DNA of 64,000 nucleotides from the sequence record SRR2962707_940; one strand, given 5' to 3'. The notes under the pieces are model-generated. The model made no database searches and was not told the DNA's origin. It was given only the letters and a program-made list of their open reading frames with translations. This document shows, piece by piece, positions 21,114-31,582 of this stretch. The translations under genes and the position numbers were made by a program. Each line of letters starts with the position of its first letter. Position 1 is the first letter of the stretch.

Positions 21114-22073
21114 ATGAATTTTAATCGACAAGACATTATGGTTGGACTGATCGCGGGCGCCGCGACAGCAGCTTTGTGTCTTGGCGTTGCCACAGGCGGC
21201 GGCCTCTCGGTTATACTCTATCTTCTTTCAGCATTGCCGATCATGGTTGCTGGCCTTGGTTGGGGTCTTGCTGCATCCGCTATTGCGGTTGTTGTGGCCG
21301 CAGTTGCAGCGCTTGCAGTCGCCAATTTCCAAACAATGATCTTTTTGATCTTAACAACGGCCCTGCCCGCTGCGGCCATGGCTTATTGGCTTACGCTTTC
21401 GCGCCCGGCCAATGAGCTTGGTGGTCCGCAAGATAAATTGGTTTGGTTTCCGCTATCAGATGTTTTGTTACGCCTATGCCTGATGGTTGGCGCTGCGTTT
21501 GTTTTCATCGGCATTATGGTTGGTTACGGCCCAGACCTTATCAAACCGATTGTTGAACAGCTGATTGCGCAGCTTAAAGAATCAAATCCAGAACTCGTTT
21601 TTTCAGATGAAGGCCGCGCAGGACTTGAAGCAACGCTGACCAACTTTATCCCGTTCATGCAGTCTTTAATGTGGACAATGGTTCTTACCGGCAACCTTTA
21701 TTTGGCGCTGCGGATTACCAAATCTTCGGGTCAGCTAAAGCGACCACGCGACTTTTTTCCCGCCTTTTTGCGGATGCCTAAGCAATCTGTTTTCGCCCTT
21801 GCACCAGCGGCTGTGCTGGCTCTTATGCCCGGCAGCTTCGGCCATATTGGTGCAGCGATTTGCGGCGGATTGGCTGGCGGTTTTGTTCTGGCTGGCTATG
21901 CCATTTTTCATGATTTCACACGCGGTAAATCATGGCGCGCACCGGTGATGTTCGCGGTCTATTTTATAACACTTATGACCATGTTGCCACCGATCGCATT
22001 TTTCATCGTGGGCATTTTCGCGCTTTCGCGCCGGATGCCTATTACTAACAACACAACAAATTCAGACACTTAA
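21114..22073 (+). CDS. DUF2232-like integral membrane protein
   Basis: Multi-TM protein between rpsR and rplI, a usual position in Rhizobiales; start moved to ATG 21114 (SD CAGGA). Confidence 0.75.
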   Translation: MNFNRQDIMVGLIAGAATAALCLGVATGGGLSVILYLLSALPIMVAGLGWGLAASAIAVVVAAVAALAVANFQTMIFLILTTALPAAAMAYWLTLSRPANELGGPQDKLVWFPLSDVLLRLCLMVGAAFVFIGIMVGYGPDLIKPIVEQLIAQLKESNPELVFSDEGRAGLEATLTNFIPFMQSLMWTMVLTGNLYLALRITKSSGQLKRPRDFFPAFLRMPKQSVFALAPAAVLALMPGSFGHIGAAICGGLAGGFVLAGYAIFHDFTRGKSWRAPVMFAVYFITLMTMLPPIAFFIVGIFALSRRMPITNNTTNSDT

Positions 22074-22090
22074 AACGAAAGGCCTAACAA

Positions 22091-22717
22091 ATGAAAGTTA
22101 TTCTACTAGAACGTATCGCCAAACTTGGCGCCATTGGAGACGAAGTAACCGTAAAAGACGGTTTTGCTCGTAACTTCTTGCTTCCTTCAGGCAAAGCTCT
22201 TCGCGCAAACGCTGCTAACCGCACTGTTTTTGAAGCACAGCGCGCTGATATCGAAGCACGCAACGCTGAACGCAAAACAGCTGCTGAAGCTATTTCTGAA
22301 GGCCTTAACGGCAAATCATTCGTATTCGTACGTTCTGCTGGTGAAACTGGTCAGCTTTACGGCTCAGTTTCAACACGCGATATTGCGGATCTATTGGTTG
22401 CTGCTGGCCACCAGGTTTCTCGTAACCAGGTTGATCTTAAAACACCGATCAAAACAATCGGTATTACAGACATCGTGCTTACACTTCATGCGGAAGTTGA
22501 AACAAAAATCACGCTTAACATTGCCCGTACAAACGAAGAAGCTGAACGTCAGGAAGCTGGCGAAGACCTATCTTCTGCGGATGCAATCTACGGCGAAAAC
22601 GAAGAGAAATTCGAATCTCTTGCTGATTTTGAAGACGAAGATGATGATCGTCCACGTCGCAGCAAACGCAATGATGACAATGAATCTGCACCAGCACCAG
22701 AAGCTGCTTCAGAATAA
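22091..22717 (+). CDS. rplI: 50S ribosomal protein L9
   Basis: [26 protein letters not shown]; acidic tail. Confidence 0.98.
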   Translation: MKVILLERIAKLGAIGDEVTVKDGFARNFLLPSGKALRANAANRTVFEAQRADIEARNAERKTAAEAISEGLNGKSFVFVRSAGETGQLYGSVSTRDIADLLVAAGHQVSRNQVDLKTPIKTIGITDIVLTLHAEVETKITLNIARTNEEAERQEAGEDLSSADAIYGENEEKFESLADFEDEDDDRPRRSKRNDDNESAPAPEAASE

Positions 22718-22742
22718 TCATTAGCCATTAGCGCTATAAATT

Positions 22743-22776
22743 AAGCCCGATTTGCCAAAAGCGAGTCGGGCTTTTT
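22743..22776 (+). terminator. Rho-independent terminator after rplI
   Basis: AAGCCCGATTTGC/GCGAGTCGGGCTT stem followed by a T run. Confidence 0.85.
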
Positions 22777-22829
22777 CGTCTTTGGTTTCGGCGAACTGTC
22801 AATTGCGTTATGCTAAACGATGTCGATTC

Positions 22830-22860
22830 TTATCCACAGTCTCATTTTTGCTGTGAACAG
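22830..22860. promoter_or_regulatory. DnaA box(es) upstream of dnaB
   Basis: Perfect TTATCCACA at 22830-22838; degenerate inverted box TGTGAACAG at 22852-22860. Confidence 0.55.
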
Positions 22861-22966
22861 CGTTAAGAACTTAAAACAATAAATTAAAATCAGAAAATGG
22901 CCCACAATTGCTTTGTTAGAATCTCGTTTTAACGCATAAAGAAATCTATCAAGGAGAAATCAGAAT

Positions 22967-24493
22967 ATGTCAGACCCCGCGCGGAAATTGCAGCCCGTAA
23001 ACGATGATGCAGCAAAACCCCTATACCGCGAAGCGCCTGGCAATATTGAGGCTGAACAGGCGCTTTTGGGCGCCATTTTGGTCAATAATGACGCATTTTA
23101 CCGCGTTTCTGACTTTCTCAAGCCCGAGCATTTCCTAGAGCCGCTACACCGCCAAATCTATGATGTAGGCGGCCAGCAAATCCGTATGGGCAAGACGTCT
23201 AACCCGGTCACGCTGAAAACCTTTTTGCCGCAAGATGAAAAAGTCGGCGATATCACGCTTGCGCAATATCTCGTGCGCTTGGCCGCTGAAGCGGTCACCA
23301 TCATCAATGCGGAAGATTATGGCCGCGCGATCTATGATTTGGCTATTCGCCGCGCTTTGATCGGCATTGGCGAAGATATGGTGAATGTCGCCTTCGACGC
23401 CCCAGTGGAAAATCCACCGACCGAGCAGATTGAAGATGCTGAGCGGCGTTTGTTTGAACTGGCTGAAACAGGCCGTTATGATGGCGGCTTCCAGCCCTTT
23501 ACCGATGCGCTGCGCACAGCCATCGACATGGCCAATGAAGCCTATCAGCGCGAGGGTAAGCTATCTGGTATTGCAACGGGCCTGCGCACGCTTGACGATA
23601 AAATGGGCGGTCTTCAGCGTTCCGACTTGATCGTTCTGGCGGGACGCCCAGGTATGGGTAAAACCTCTCTTGCAACCAATATTGCAGCCAACATTGCAGC
23701 GGCCTATCGCGGCGAGCAACAGGCCGATGGTTCGATGAAGGCCGTTGATGGCGGCGTTGTTGGCTTCTTCTCACTGGAGATGTCTGCCGAGCAGCTGGCC
23801 ACAAGGATTTTGTCGGAAGTTGCCGAAGTATCGTCTTCAAAAATTCGCCGTGGTGAGATCGACGACCGCGACTTTGAGACTTTGGTCACCACGTCAAACC
23901 AAATCCAGAAGATGCCACTGTTTATCGACCAAACCGGTGGTATTTCAATTGCACAACTTGCTGCCCGTGCCCGCCGTCTAAAGCGCCAGCGCGGCCTTGA
24001 TGTCATGATCATCGACTATATTCAGTTGATGACTGGCTCGTCGAAAAATAGCGGCAACCGCGTACAAGAGATCACGGAAATTACAACTGGCCTTAAAGCA
24101 CTTGGCAAAGAGCTGAATGTGCCAATCATCGCCCTCTCCCAGCTTTCTCGTCAGGTGGAAAGCCGCGAAGACAAGCGCCCACAACTTTCCGACCTTCGTG
24201 AATCTGGTTCTATCGAGCAGGATGCCGACGTGGTGCTCTTCGTGTTCCGCGAAGAATATTATGTGCAGAATATGGAGCCGCGTCGCTCGCCAGACGATTA
24301 TCGCAATGACATTAAGAACGAAGAATATATTGCGTGGGAAGAAAAAATGAACAAGGTGCGCGGCACGGCTGATGTTATCGTGGCCAAACAGCGTCACGGT
24401 CCAACCGGCACAGCGCGCCTATCCTTCGTTGCACAATATACGCGCTTTGGTGATCTTGCTGAAGATGATCAATTGCCAGAAGTTTACGAGTAA
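22967..24493 (+). CDS. dnaB: Replicative DNA helicase
   Basis: EAEQALLG, GRPGMGKT, IDYIQL, SDLRESGSIEQDAD, KQRHGP; no intein. Confidence 0.98.
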   Translation: MSDPARKLQPVNDDAAKPLYREAPGNIEAEQALLGAILVNNDAFYRVSDFLKPEHFLEPLHRQIYDVGGQQIRMGKTSNPVTLKTFLPQDEKVGDITLAQYLVRLAAEAVTIINAEDYGRAIYDLAIRRALIGIGEDMVNVAFDAPVENPPTEQIEDAERRLFELAETGRYDGGFQPFTDALRTAIDMANEAYQREGKLSGIATGLRTLDDKMGGLQRSDLIVLAGRPGMGKTSLATNIAANIAAAYRGEQQADGSMKAVDGGVVGFFSLEMSAEQLATRILSEVAEVSSSKIRRGEIDDRDFETLVTTSNQIQKMPLFIDQTGGISIAQLAARARRLKRQRGLDVMIIDYIQLMTGSSKNSGNRVQEITEITTGLKALGKELNVPIIALSQLSRQVESREDKRPQLSDLRESGSIEQDADVVLFVFREEYYVQNMEPRRSPDDYRNDIKNEEYIAWEEKMNKVRGTADVIVAKQRHGPTGTARLSFVAQYTRFGDLAEDDQLPEVYE

Positions 24494-24496
24494 AAA

Positions 24497-25633
24497 TTGA
24501 CCAGTTTTTCGCATGGCTCCTCCCACACCGGCGGTCGGCTAACAATTGATTTGGATGCCCTGAGGTTAAATTACACGCTTCTGGCGCGGCGCGCCCATCC
24601 GGCAAAATGCGCTGCGGTGGTTAAAGCGGATGGCTATGGATTAGCTGCTCATATTGTGGGGCCAGCGCTTGAAAAAGCTGGCTGCAAAACGTTCTTTGTC
24701 GCGCTTACTGATGAAGCTGTTCATTTGCGTCACGTGTGCCCAAAAGCAACAATTTATACACTCGGTGGTGCTTTTGAGAATTCCGTTGATGCCTTGCTCG
24801 CGGCGAATATATCGCCGGTGTTAAACAGCCTTGATCAAATTGAGCTTTGGGCGCGGCGCGGCGAGCGCAAACCATGTGCCGTTCAGATCGATACTGGTAT
24901 GAATAGGTTTGGTTTAAGCATGGAAGAAGCAACTATCTTCGCTTCTCTCTACAAGGCTCAAGATCTGATTAATCTGCAACTCATTATGAGCCATTTGGCC
25001 TGTGGCGACGAGCCAAGCCATCAGATGAATGCAGAGCAACTTGATAAATTTCAAAGCGTTAGCGCTCTTTTTCCAGATGTTGATTCAAGTTTGGCTAACT
25101 CTGCTGGCGTCCTGATGGGCGGCGATTATAAGTGTGATTTGGTGCGTCCTGGCATTGCGGTTTATGGCGGCGAAGCGGTCAACACGATCGCCAATCCCAT
25201 GAAACCTGTTGTCGCGCTTCATGGGCGTATTGGGCAAATTCGCGATGCAAAAGAAGGCGAAACAGTCTCCTATGGCGCAACCCATAGGCTGACACGCGAC
25301 ACAAAAATTGCGACTGTCCTTGTAGGCTATGCCGATGGGTATCCGCGCGCTGGATCAGGCTCCGGCGTTCCCCTGCGCGGCTCTCGGACAGAGGGTGCAC
25401 ATGGATTTATCGAAGGCCATAAAGTGCCACTGATCGGCCGTGTCACGATGGATATCTGCATGTTTGATGTGACAGATGTGCCAGACGATCTTTTGGCCAA
25501 AGGCTGGATTGAGCTGTTTGGTCAAAACATAAAACTAGATGATGCAGCCCGCGCGGCAGGAACCATCGGCTATGAGCTTCTCACAAGTCTTGGTTCGCGC
25601 TATGAACGTTCATATATTTCAACTGAGTCTTAA
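24497..25633 (+). CDS. alr: Alanine racemase
   Basis: VVKADGYG (PLP lysine), DTGMNR, GYADG, GTIGYE. Confidence 0.96.
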   Translation: MTSFSHGSSHTGGRLTIDLDALRLNYTLLARRAHPAKCAAVVKADGYGLAAHIVGPALEKAGCKTFFVALTDEAVHLRHVCPKATIYTLGGAFENSVDALLAANISPVLNSLDQIELWARRGERKPCAVQIDTGMNRFGLSMEEATIFASLYKAQDLINLQLIMSHLACGDEPSHQMNAEQLDKFQSVSALFPDVDSSLANSAGVLMGGDYKCDLVRPGIAVYGGEAVNTIANPMKPVVALHGRIGQIRDAKEGETVSYGATHRLTRDTKIATVLVGYADGYPRAGSGSGVPLRGSRTEGAHGFIEGHKVPLIGRVTMDICMFDVTDVPDDLLAKGWIELFGQNIKLDDAARAAGTIGYELLTSLGSRYERSYISTES

Positions 25634-25638
25634 TAACA

Positions 25639-27048
25639 TTGGCTAAAGCCCGCGCATCCTTCGTCTGCCAAAATTGTGGCACTGTTCATACGCAGTGGCA
25701 GGGTAAATGTGACGGTTGCGGCGAATGGAACACCATCGTTGAAGACAACCCTATGGCTGGTATTGGCGGTGGCCCCGGTGGCCGCGCACCAAAAAAAGGC
25801 CGCGTTGTTCCCCTCACCACGCTTGATGGTGAAATAGAAGATGCACCGCGCATTGTCTCGCGGGTTGCAGAGCTTGACCGTGTCACGGGCGGCGGTTTTG
25901 TGCGTGGTTCGGCAATTTTGCTCGGCGGTGAACCAGGTATTGGCAAGTCAACATTACTGATGCAAGCCGCTGCAGCGCTGTCTCGCGCGGGTCACAACGT
26001 GATCTATGTTTCGGGCGAGGAAGCGGTGGCGCAGGTGCGTCTTCGCGCTCAGCGCCTGCGTGCGTCAGACTCAGACGTGCAATTGGCTGCTGAAACCAAT
26101 GTTGAAGATATTTTGGCGACCTTGATGGCAGCGCCTAAGCGGCCAGACTTGGTTATTCTTGATTCCATTCAAACGCTTTGGACGGACCGCGTTGATTCTG
26201 CTCCTGGAACCGTAACGCAGGTGCGCCAATCAGCGCAGGCCATGATCAAATATGCCAAATCCACTGGCGCCGCTGTGGTTATGGTCGGTCACGTGACCAA
26301 GGAAGGCAATATTGCTGGTCCGCGCGTTGTCGAACATATGGTCGATGCGGTTATCCAATTTGAAGGTGATGGCAGCCATCAATATCGCATATTGCGCGCA
26401 CTCAAAAACCGTTTTGGGCCAACCGACGAAATTGGCGTTTTTGAGATGATGGCCTCTGGCCTTCGCCAAGTTGCCAATCCATCGGAATTATTTTTGGGCG
26501 AGCGGGCAGAAAATGCACCCGGCGCTGCCGTCTTTGCAGGCATGGAAGGCACGCGGCCTCTGCTCGTGGAAATTCAAGCTTTGGTTGCGCCAACATCGCT
26601 CGGCACACCGCGCCGCGCGGTAGTGGGATGGGATTCTGCACGGCTTTCTATGATTATCGCGGTGCTAGAAGCCCATTGCGGCGTTCGGCTCTCTCAGCAC
26701 GATGTTTACCTGAATGTGGCCGGTGGATACCGTATTTCAGAGCCTGCAGCCGATTTAGCTGTGGCTTGTGCACTCATATCATCGCTTGCTGGTCTTGCTC
26801 TCCCAACAGATTGTGTTTATTTCGGCGAAATAAGTCTTTCAGGATCGGTTAGACCTGTGCCCCATGCGGGACAGCGTTTGAAAGAGGCGGAAAAACTGGG
26901 TTTTAAATCGGCTGTGTTGCCGAAGGGAAGCTCAGACGTTCCCAAAAGGTCCGATGAAAGTATTTATGAAACAGAGAAGCTGGTTGATCTGGTTGTCAGA
27001 ATTGCCGGCGGAAAAGTGCTTTCATATGAGAGCGATGACGAAAGCTAG
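25639..27048 (+). CDS. radA: DNA repair protein RadA/Sms
   Basis: C4 zinc finger, GEPGIGKST, KNRFG, Lon-like C terminus. Confidence 0.97.
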   Translation: MAKARASFVCQNCGTVHTQWQGKCDGCGEWNTIVEDNPMAGIGGGPGGRAPKKGRVVPLTTLDGEIEDAPRIVSRVAELDRVTGGGFVRGSAILLGGEPGIGKSTLLMQAAAALSRAGHNVIYVSGEEAVAQVRLRAQRLRASDSDVQLAAETNVEDILATLMAAPKRPDLVILDSIQTLWTDRVDSAPGTVTQVRQSAQAMIKYAKSTGAAVVMVGHVTKEGNIAGPRVVEHMVDAVIQFEGDGSHQYRILRALKNRFGPTDEIGVFEMMASGLRQVANPSELFLGERAENAPGAAVFAGMEGTRPLLVEIQALVAPTSLGTPRRAVVGWDSARLSMIIAVLEAHCGVRLSQHDVYLNVAGGYRISEPAADLAVACALISSLAGLALPTDCVYFGEISLSGSVRPVPHAGQRLKEAEKLGFKSAVLPKGSSDVPKRSDESIYETEKLVDLVVRIAGGKVLSYESDDES

Positions 27049-27171
27049 ATGCGCTTGCTGGGATGTTCTTCGTTAAAAGAATATCGTAGACCTATTGGCG
27101 GTGTCTAAGATACAGGGTTATTTTGATCGCGCTGCCAAGGGGCAACGGTCTAAAATTGGGAAAAGCAATTT

Positions 27172-27696
27172 ATGCCTATCACACTCTTAGATGGCCTATT
27201 TATCGGCCTCGTTTTACTTTCAGCAGTTCTGGCAATGGTCCGCGGATTTTCGCGTGAAATATTGTCCATCGGCTCTTGGATCGCTGCCGCAGCGGCTGCA
27301 TTCTTGTTCTATAAGACACTCGCGCCAACGATTATGCCCTATGTGGGCAATGAATTGATCGCGCAATTGGCCGCGGCCGGTATCATTTTCTTGATCGCGC
27401 TCATTGGCGTGACGATGATCACCATGCGCGTTGCGGATATGATCATCGATAGCCGCATTGGGCCGCTCGATCGCACGCTTGGTTTTGTGTTTGGAGCGCT
27501 GCGCGGTATAATTGTTGCAGCTGTTGCAGTTTGGTTCCTTACATTCTTCATTGGGGATCGCCAAATAGGTTGGATCGACAATGCGAAATCGAAGCCATTT
27601 CTAACAACTGTGGCTGACCGCCTCATAAACCTATTGCCAGAAGATCTGGACGCGATGATCTCCGGCGCCAAAACACCAGAGGGTACGGACACCTAA
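27172..27696 (+). CDS. cvpA: CvpA family membrane protein
   Basis: RGFSRE and DRTLGFVFGALRG; immediately upstream of purF. Confidence 0.92.
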   Translation: MPITLLDGLFIGLVLLSAVLAMVRGFSREILSIGSWIAAAAAAFLFYKTLAPTIMPYVGNELIAQLAAAGIIFLIALIGVTMITMRVADMIIDSRIGPLDRTLGFVFGALRGIIVAAVAVWFLTFFIGDRQIGWIDNAKSKPFLTTVADRLINLLPEDLDAMISGAKTPEGTDT

Positions 27697-27698
27697 TT

Positions 27699-29171
27699 AT
27701 GGATAATTTGCCAGATCACGAAACTGATCACGAAGCAGACGACCACTTCCACGACGAATGCGGCGTGTTTGGTATTTACGGCCGAGCAGACGCAGCATCA
27801 TTCACCACCCTTGGCCTGCATGCGTTGCAGCACCGAGGACAAGAAGCTGCAGGTATTGTTACTTATGACAACCAACAGTTCCATATTGAGCGCCATGTCG
27901 GCCTCATCGGTGATAATTTCACCAAGCCTTCGGTTATTGAGCGCCTGCCGGGCGACAGATCGATTGGCCACAACCGCTACGCAACGACTGGCGGATCGTC
28001 CCTGCGCAATATTCAGCCGCTTTTTGCGGAGCTTGATGGCGGCGGCCTTGCGGTTGCCCATAATGGCAATATCACCAACGCTTTGACTGTTCAGCGCGAA
28101 TTGCAGCGTAAAGGCGCGATCTTCTCGTCAACATCAGACACAGAAACAATTCTTCACTTGGTTGCAACCAGCCAAGAAAAAGACCTTCTATCTAAATTCC
28201 AAGATGCTATTCGCCAGCTTGAAGGCGCCTTTTCGTTGGTGGCTTTGACTGCCAAGAAAATGATTGGCTGCCGCGACCCGCTGGGCATTCGCCCCTTGGT
28301 TCTTGGCGATCTTGATGGCTCGTGGATTTTGGCGTCTGAAACCTGTGCGCTGGACATTATGGGTGCAAGGCTTGTGCGGGAAATCCAACCGGGCGAACTC
28401 GTCTGCATTACAGATGATGGCATCGAGAGCTTCTTCCCGTTCAAAGAAACACCGCCTAAAAAATTCTGTATTTTTGAATATGTATATTTCGCCCGCCCCG
28501 ATTCATCTTTTGATGGCGAAAGCGTTTATGCCGTTCGCAAACGCATCGGCGAAGAGCTGGCGCGTGAATGCCCTGTTGATGCTGATATTATTGTGCCTGT
28601 GCCCGATTCAGGCACGCCGGCCGCGATTGGTTATGCACAAGAAGCTGGCCTTCCCTTTGAGCTTGGCATTATCCGCAACCATTACGTTGGCCGCACCTTT
28701 ATTGCGCCAACCGACCACATTCGCCATATGGGTGTGAAGCTAAAGCACAACGCCAACCGTCAAATGATTGAGGGCAAACGCGTGATTTTGGTGGATGATT
28801 CCATCGTGCGCGGCACAACCAGCCAAAAAATCGTGGCGATGGTGCGCGATGCGGGCGCTAAAGAAGTGCATATGCGCATTGCTTCTCCGCCCACAATGTC
28901 ACCTTGTTTCTACGGCGTTGATACACCGGAAAAGTCCAAGCTTCTTGCTTCGCGCATGACGATTGAAGAAATGGCTGACTTTATTCGCGTTGATACGTTG
29001 TCATTCTTGACCATTGATGGGCTTTACCGCGCTGTGGGTGAAATGAACCGAAACAGTGAAGTGCCGCAATATTGCGATGCTTGTTTCACCGGTGAATATC
29101 CGACGCGCTTGCTAGACCATCATGGCCCTGACAATGTGCGTAAACTTTCATTGCTTGCCAATAATAACTAA
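27699..29171 (+). CDS. purF: Amidophosphoribosyltransferase
   Basis: E|CGVFG after a propeptide, LQHRGQE, VDDSIVRGTT, Fe-S cysteines (FCIFE, PCFYG, CDAC). Confidence 0.98.
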   Translation: MDNLPDHETDHEADDHFHDECGVFGIYGRADAASFTTLGLHALQHRGQEAAGIVTYDNQQFHIERHVGLIGDNFTKPSVIERLPGDRSIGHNRYATTGGSSLRNIQPLFAELDGGGLAVAHNGNITNALTVQRELQRKGAIFSSTSDTETILHLVATSQEKDLLSKFQDAIRQLEGAFSLVALTAKKMIGCRDPLGIRPLVLGDLDGSWILASETCALDIMGARLVREIQPGELVCITDDGIESFFPFKETPPKKFCIFEYVYFARPDSSFDGESVYAVRKRIGEELARECPVDADIIVPVPDSGTPAAIGYAQEAGLPFELGIIRNHYVGRTFIAPTDHIRHMGVKLKHNANRQMIEGKRVILVDDSIVRGTTSQKIVAMVRDAGAKEVHMRIASPPTMSPCFYGVDTPEKSKLLASRMTIEEMADFIRVDTLSFLTIDGLYRAVGEMNRNSEVPQYCDACFTGEYPTRLLDHHGPDNVRKLSLLANNN

Positions 29172-29186
29172 AACGAGAGCCAATCG

Positions 29187-29936
29187 ATGAGCAAAACTAA
29201 TCGCGACCTTAATGGCCGTCTGGCGCTGGTCACTGGCGCTTCACGCGGTATTGGCTTTCAAATTGCACTGCAATTGGCACAGTCTGGCGCGGAGGTGATC
29301 GCTGTTGCGCGCACCGTTGGTGGTCTTGAAGATCTTGACGATGCGATCAAGCAAATCGGTGGCCAGTGCACATTGGTGCCGCTTGATCTCAAAGACCATG
29401 ACGGCATCGACCGTCTTGGCGGCGTTATTGCAGAGCGCTGGGGCAAGCTTGACATTCTTGTCGCAAATGCTGGTGTGTTAGGAACGATTTCGCCCGTTGG
29501 TCACATGAAAGCGAAGACCTTTGATGAATTGATGAACGTCAATTTAACCAGCACTTGGCGTTTGATGCGCACCACAGATCAGCTGCTGCGCTTATCAGAT
29601 GCAGGACGTGCCATTTTGCTATCATCCAGCGTTGCGCACTCTGCACGGTCATTCTGGGGCCCTTATGCGGCTTCTAAGGCGGCTGTAGAGGTTTTAGGGC
29701 GCACATGGGCCGAAGAGACCGCGCATCTCGCTATGCGGGTTAACAACGTCAATCCTGGCGCAACACGCACCCACATGCGGGCGCAAGCAATGCCGGGCGA
29801 AAATCCTGACACATTGCCAACACCGGCAGATGTGGCGGCAAAGATTATTCCACTCGCCAGCCCTAGCTTGACACAGACAGGCAAGCTTTGGGATGTTCCA
29901 ACTGAAAAATGGCTTGATTATCACCTGCCATCATAA
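29187..29936 (+). CDS. SDR family oxidoreductase
   Basis: TGASRGIG, ANAG, YAASK, NPGATRT. Confidence 0.9.
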   Translation: MSKTNRDLNGRLALVTGASRGIGFQIALQLAQSGAEVIAVARTVGGLEDLDDAIKQIGGQCTLVPLDLKDHDGIDRLGGVIAERWGKLDILVANAGVLGTISPVGHMKAKTFDELMNVNLTSTWRLMRTTDQLLRLSDAGRAILLSSSVAHSARSFWGPYAASKAAVEVLGRTWAEETAHLAMRVNNVNPGATRTHMRAQAMPGENPDTLPTPADVAAKIIPLASPSLTQTGKLWDVPTEKWLDYHLPS

Positions 29937-29952
29937 GTGATGGCAGATATCA

Positions 29953-30795
29953 TTATTCGCTGCTGCGCGCCATTACGGCTTGCTCACTAAGCTCGGCATT
30001 TTTTGCCTCCTTACGCCACATATGAATGGAATAAGGAAGAAAAGCCAAATAGCCGAGCGCTGTGCATGTCAGCGTTGTCCATGTGAAGTTAGCCAAAGCG
30101 GCAACATAAAGCACAACGCATAAGATTAACGGCATGACCGCGGTGCGCGACACGCTGCCCAAAGATTTCGCCGACCATACCGGCAAATTCGACACCATGA
30201 AAAAGCCAATGATGATTGTATAGATCGATACGATTGACGCTGTGATCCAGCTTGGATTAACGCCCAGAAACCCGATGTAAACTGGTAAAAGAACCAAAAG
30301 CGCTGCTGCTGGCGCTGGAATGCCGACGAAATAATTTTGCTGCCATTTTGGTCGTTCGATGTCGCCTGCCATAATGTTGAAACGGGCAAGGCGCAATGTG
30401 CAGGCGATCACATAGATCAGCGCGGCAATCCAGCCAAATTGCTTGGTTTCATCTAGCACATAGATATATAGCACCAAGGCGGGCACGCAGCCAAAATTGA
30501 CAACATCGGCCAGCGAATCCATTTCAGCGCCAAACTTTGATGTGGCTTTAAGCAGACGCGCAATGCGGCCATCCAAGCCATCAAGCAATGCAGCCAAAAG
30601 AACGAGGCCAATGGCGGATTCAAAGCGCTGTTCAAAGGCAAGCCTTACCGCTGACAAGCCAGAGCAAATCGCCAAAACGGTGATAATGTTTGGAACCACA
30701 TAACGAATTGGGATTTCGCGCAAGCGCTTTGGCTGATCCCCAGTTTTATGGGGGCCATCTGGTTCAAACGGCGGGAAAGCATCATCCATCGACAT
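29953..30795 (-). CDS. pssA: CDP-diacylglycerol--serine O-phosphatidyltransferase
   Basis: DGLDGRIAR...GAEMDSLAD CDP-alcohol motif; adjacent to psd. Confidence 0.92.
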   Translation of the reverse strand: MSMDDAFPPFEPDGPHKTGDQPKRLREIPIRYVVPNIITVLAICSGLSAVRLAFEQRFESAIGLVLLAALLDGLDGRIARLLKATSKFGAEMDSLADVVNFGCVPALVLYIYVLDETKQFGWIAALIYVIACTLRLARFNIMAGDIERPKWQQNYFVGIPAPAAALLVLLPVYIGFLGVNPSWITASIVSIYTIIIGFFMVSNLPVWSAKSLGSVSRTAVMPLILCVVLYVAALANFTWTTLTCTALGYLAFLPYSIHMWRKEAKNAELSEQAVMARSSE

Positions 30796-30813
30796 AGTTT
30801 ATACCTTTTGGTT

Positions 30814-31512
30814 TCACGCCTTTTGAACGGGATATGTTTTTACGCCGCGGCCATAGGATGCCAAAATTGTTTCGCCAGCAATCGCGTTTTGGCCAACGGC
30901 CACTTGTGGCACAGCCTTTTCAGGCAAGTAAACATCAACGCGCGAGCCGAAGCGAATGAGACCGAAGCGCTCGCCGGTCAAGATACCATCGCCCTTGGTT
31001 GCCCAACATAGAATGCGGCGCGCAACGAGACCTGCCACTTGAACTGTTGCCACCTGCCCGTGTGGGCTTTCAATGACAAGGCCATTGCGTTCATTGTCTT
31101 CGCTGGCCTTATCAAGATCAGCACTTAGAAATTGACCGGGCTTATAGGCAATATTCGAGATCTCGCCGCGCACTGGCGCGCGGTTCACATGAACAGAAAA
31201 CACATTCATAAATACAGAGATGCGGGTCATTTCGCTGTCGCCAAGGCCAAGTTCTTCTGGCGGCACAGCTGGTCCGACTGCTGAAATTACACCATCGGCG
31301 GGGCTGACAACAATATCGTCGCTGATCGGTGTTGTGCGCTCAGGATCGCGAAAGAAATAGGTGCACCATGCGGTCAGCACCAAACCGACAAAGAACAATG
31401 GTCCCCAAGCCCAACCAAGAACCAGCGTTATGGCTGCGAAGGCCCCAATAAATGGCCAGCCCTCTTTATGGATCGGCACCATTACACTTTTAACGCTGTC
31501 GGCTATGCTCAT
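30814..31512 (-). CDS. psd: Phosphatidylserine decarboxylase
   Basis: FFRDPER, SPADG, VHVNR, IRFG|S self-cleavage site. Confidence 0.96.
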   Translation of the reverse strand: MSIADSVKSVMVPIHKEGWPFIGAFAAITLVLGWAWGPLFFVGLVLTAWCTYFFRDPERTTPISDDIVVSPADGVISAVGPAVPPEELGLGDSEMTRISVFMNVFSVHVNRAPVRGEISNIAYKPGQFLSADLDKASEDNERNGLVIESPHGQVATVQVAGLVARRILCWATKGDGILTGERFGLIRFGSRVDVYLPEKAVPQVAVGQNAIAGETILASYGRGVKTYPVQKA

Positions 31513-31582
31513 TGAGGTTTTTCTCTCTGGTGTTTTGCTCTCTTGCTACGCTGTTTAGCATAAGAAAGTGAACGGGTCAGGG

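Noticed and set aside
22164-22724. 186-aa +1-frame ORF overlapping rplI
   Set aside because: No SD or recognisable motif; explained by rplI codon bias (CTT/GTT instead of CTG/GTG removes +1-frame stops).
22830-22960. Chromosomal replication origin
   Set aside because: Only one perfect DnaA box and none of the usual oriC neighbours.
27714-27734. GATCACGAA repeated twice at the purF 5' end
   Set aside because: Short duplication in the cleaved, poorly constrained PurF propeptide (DHETDHEA).
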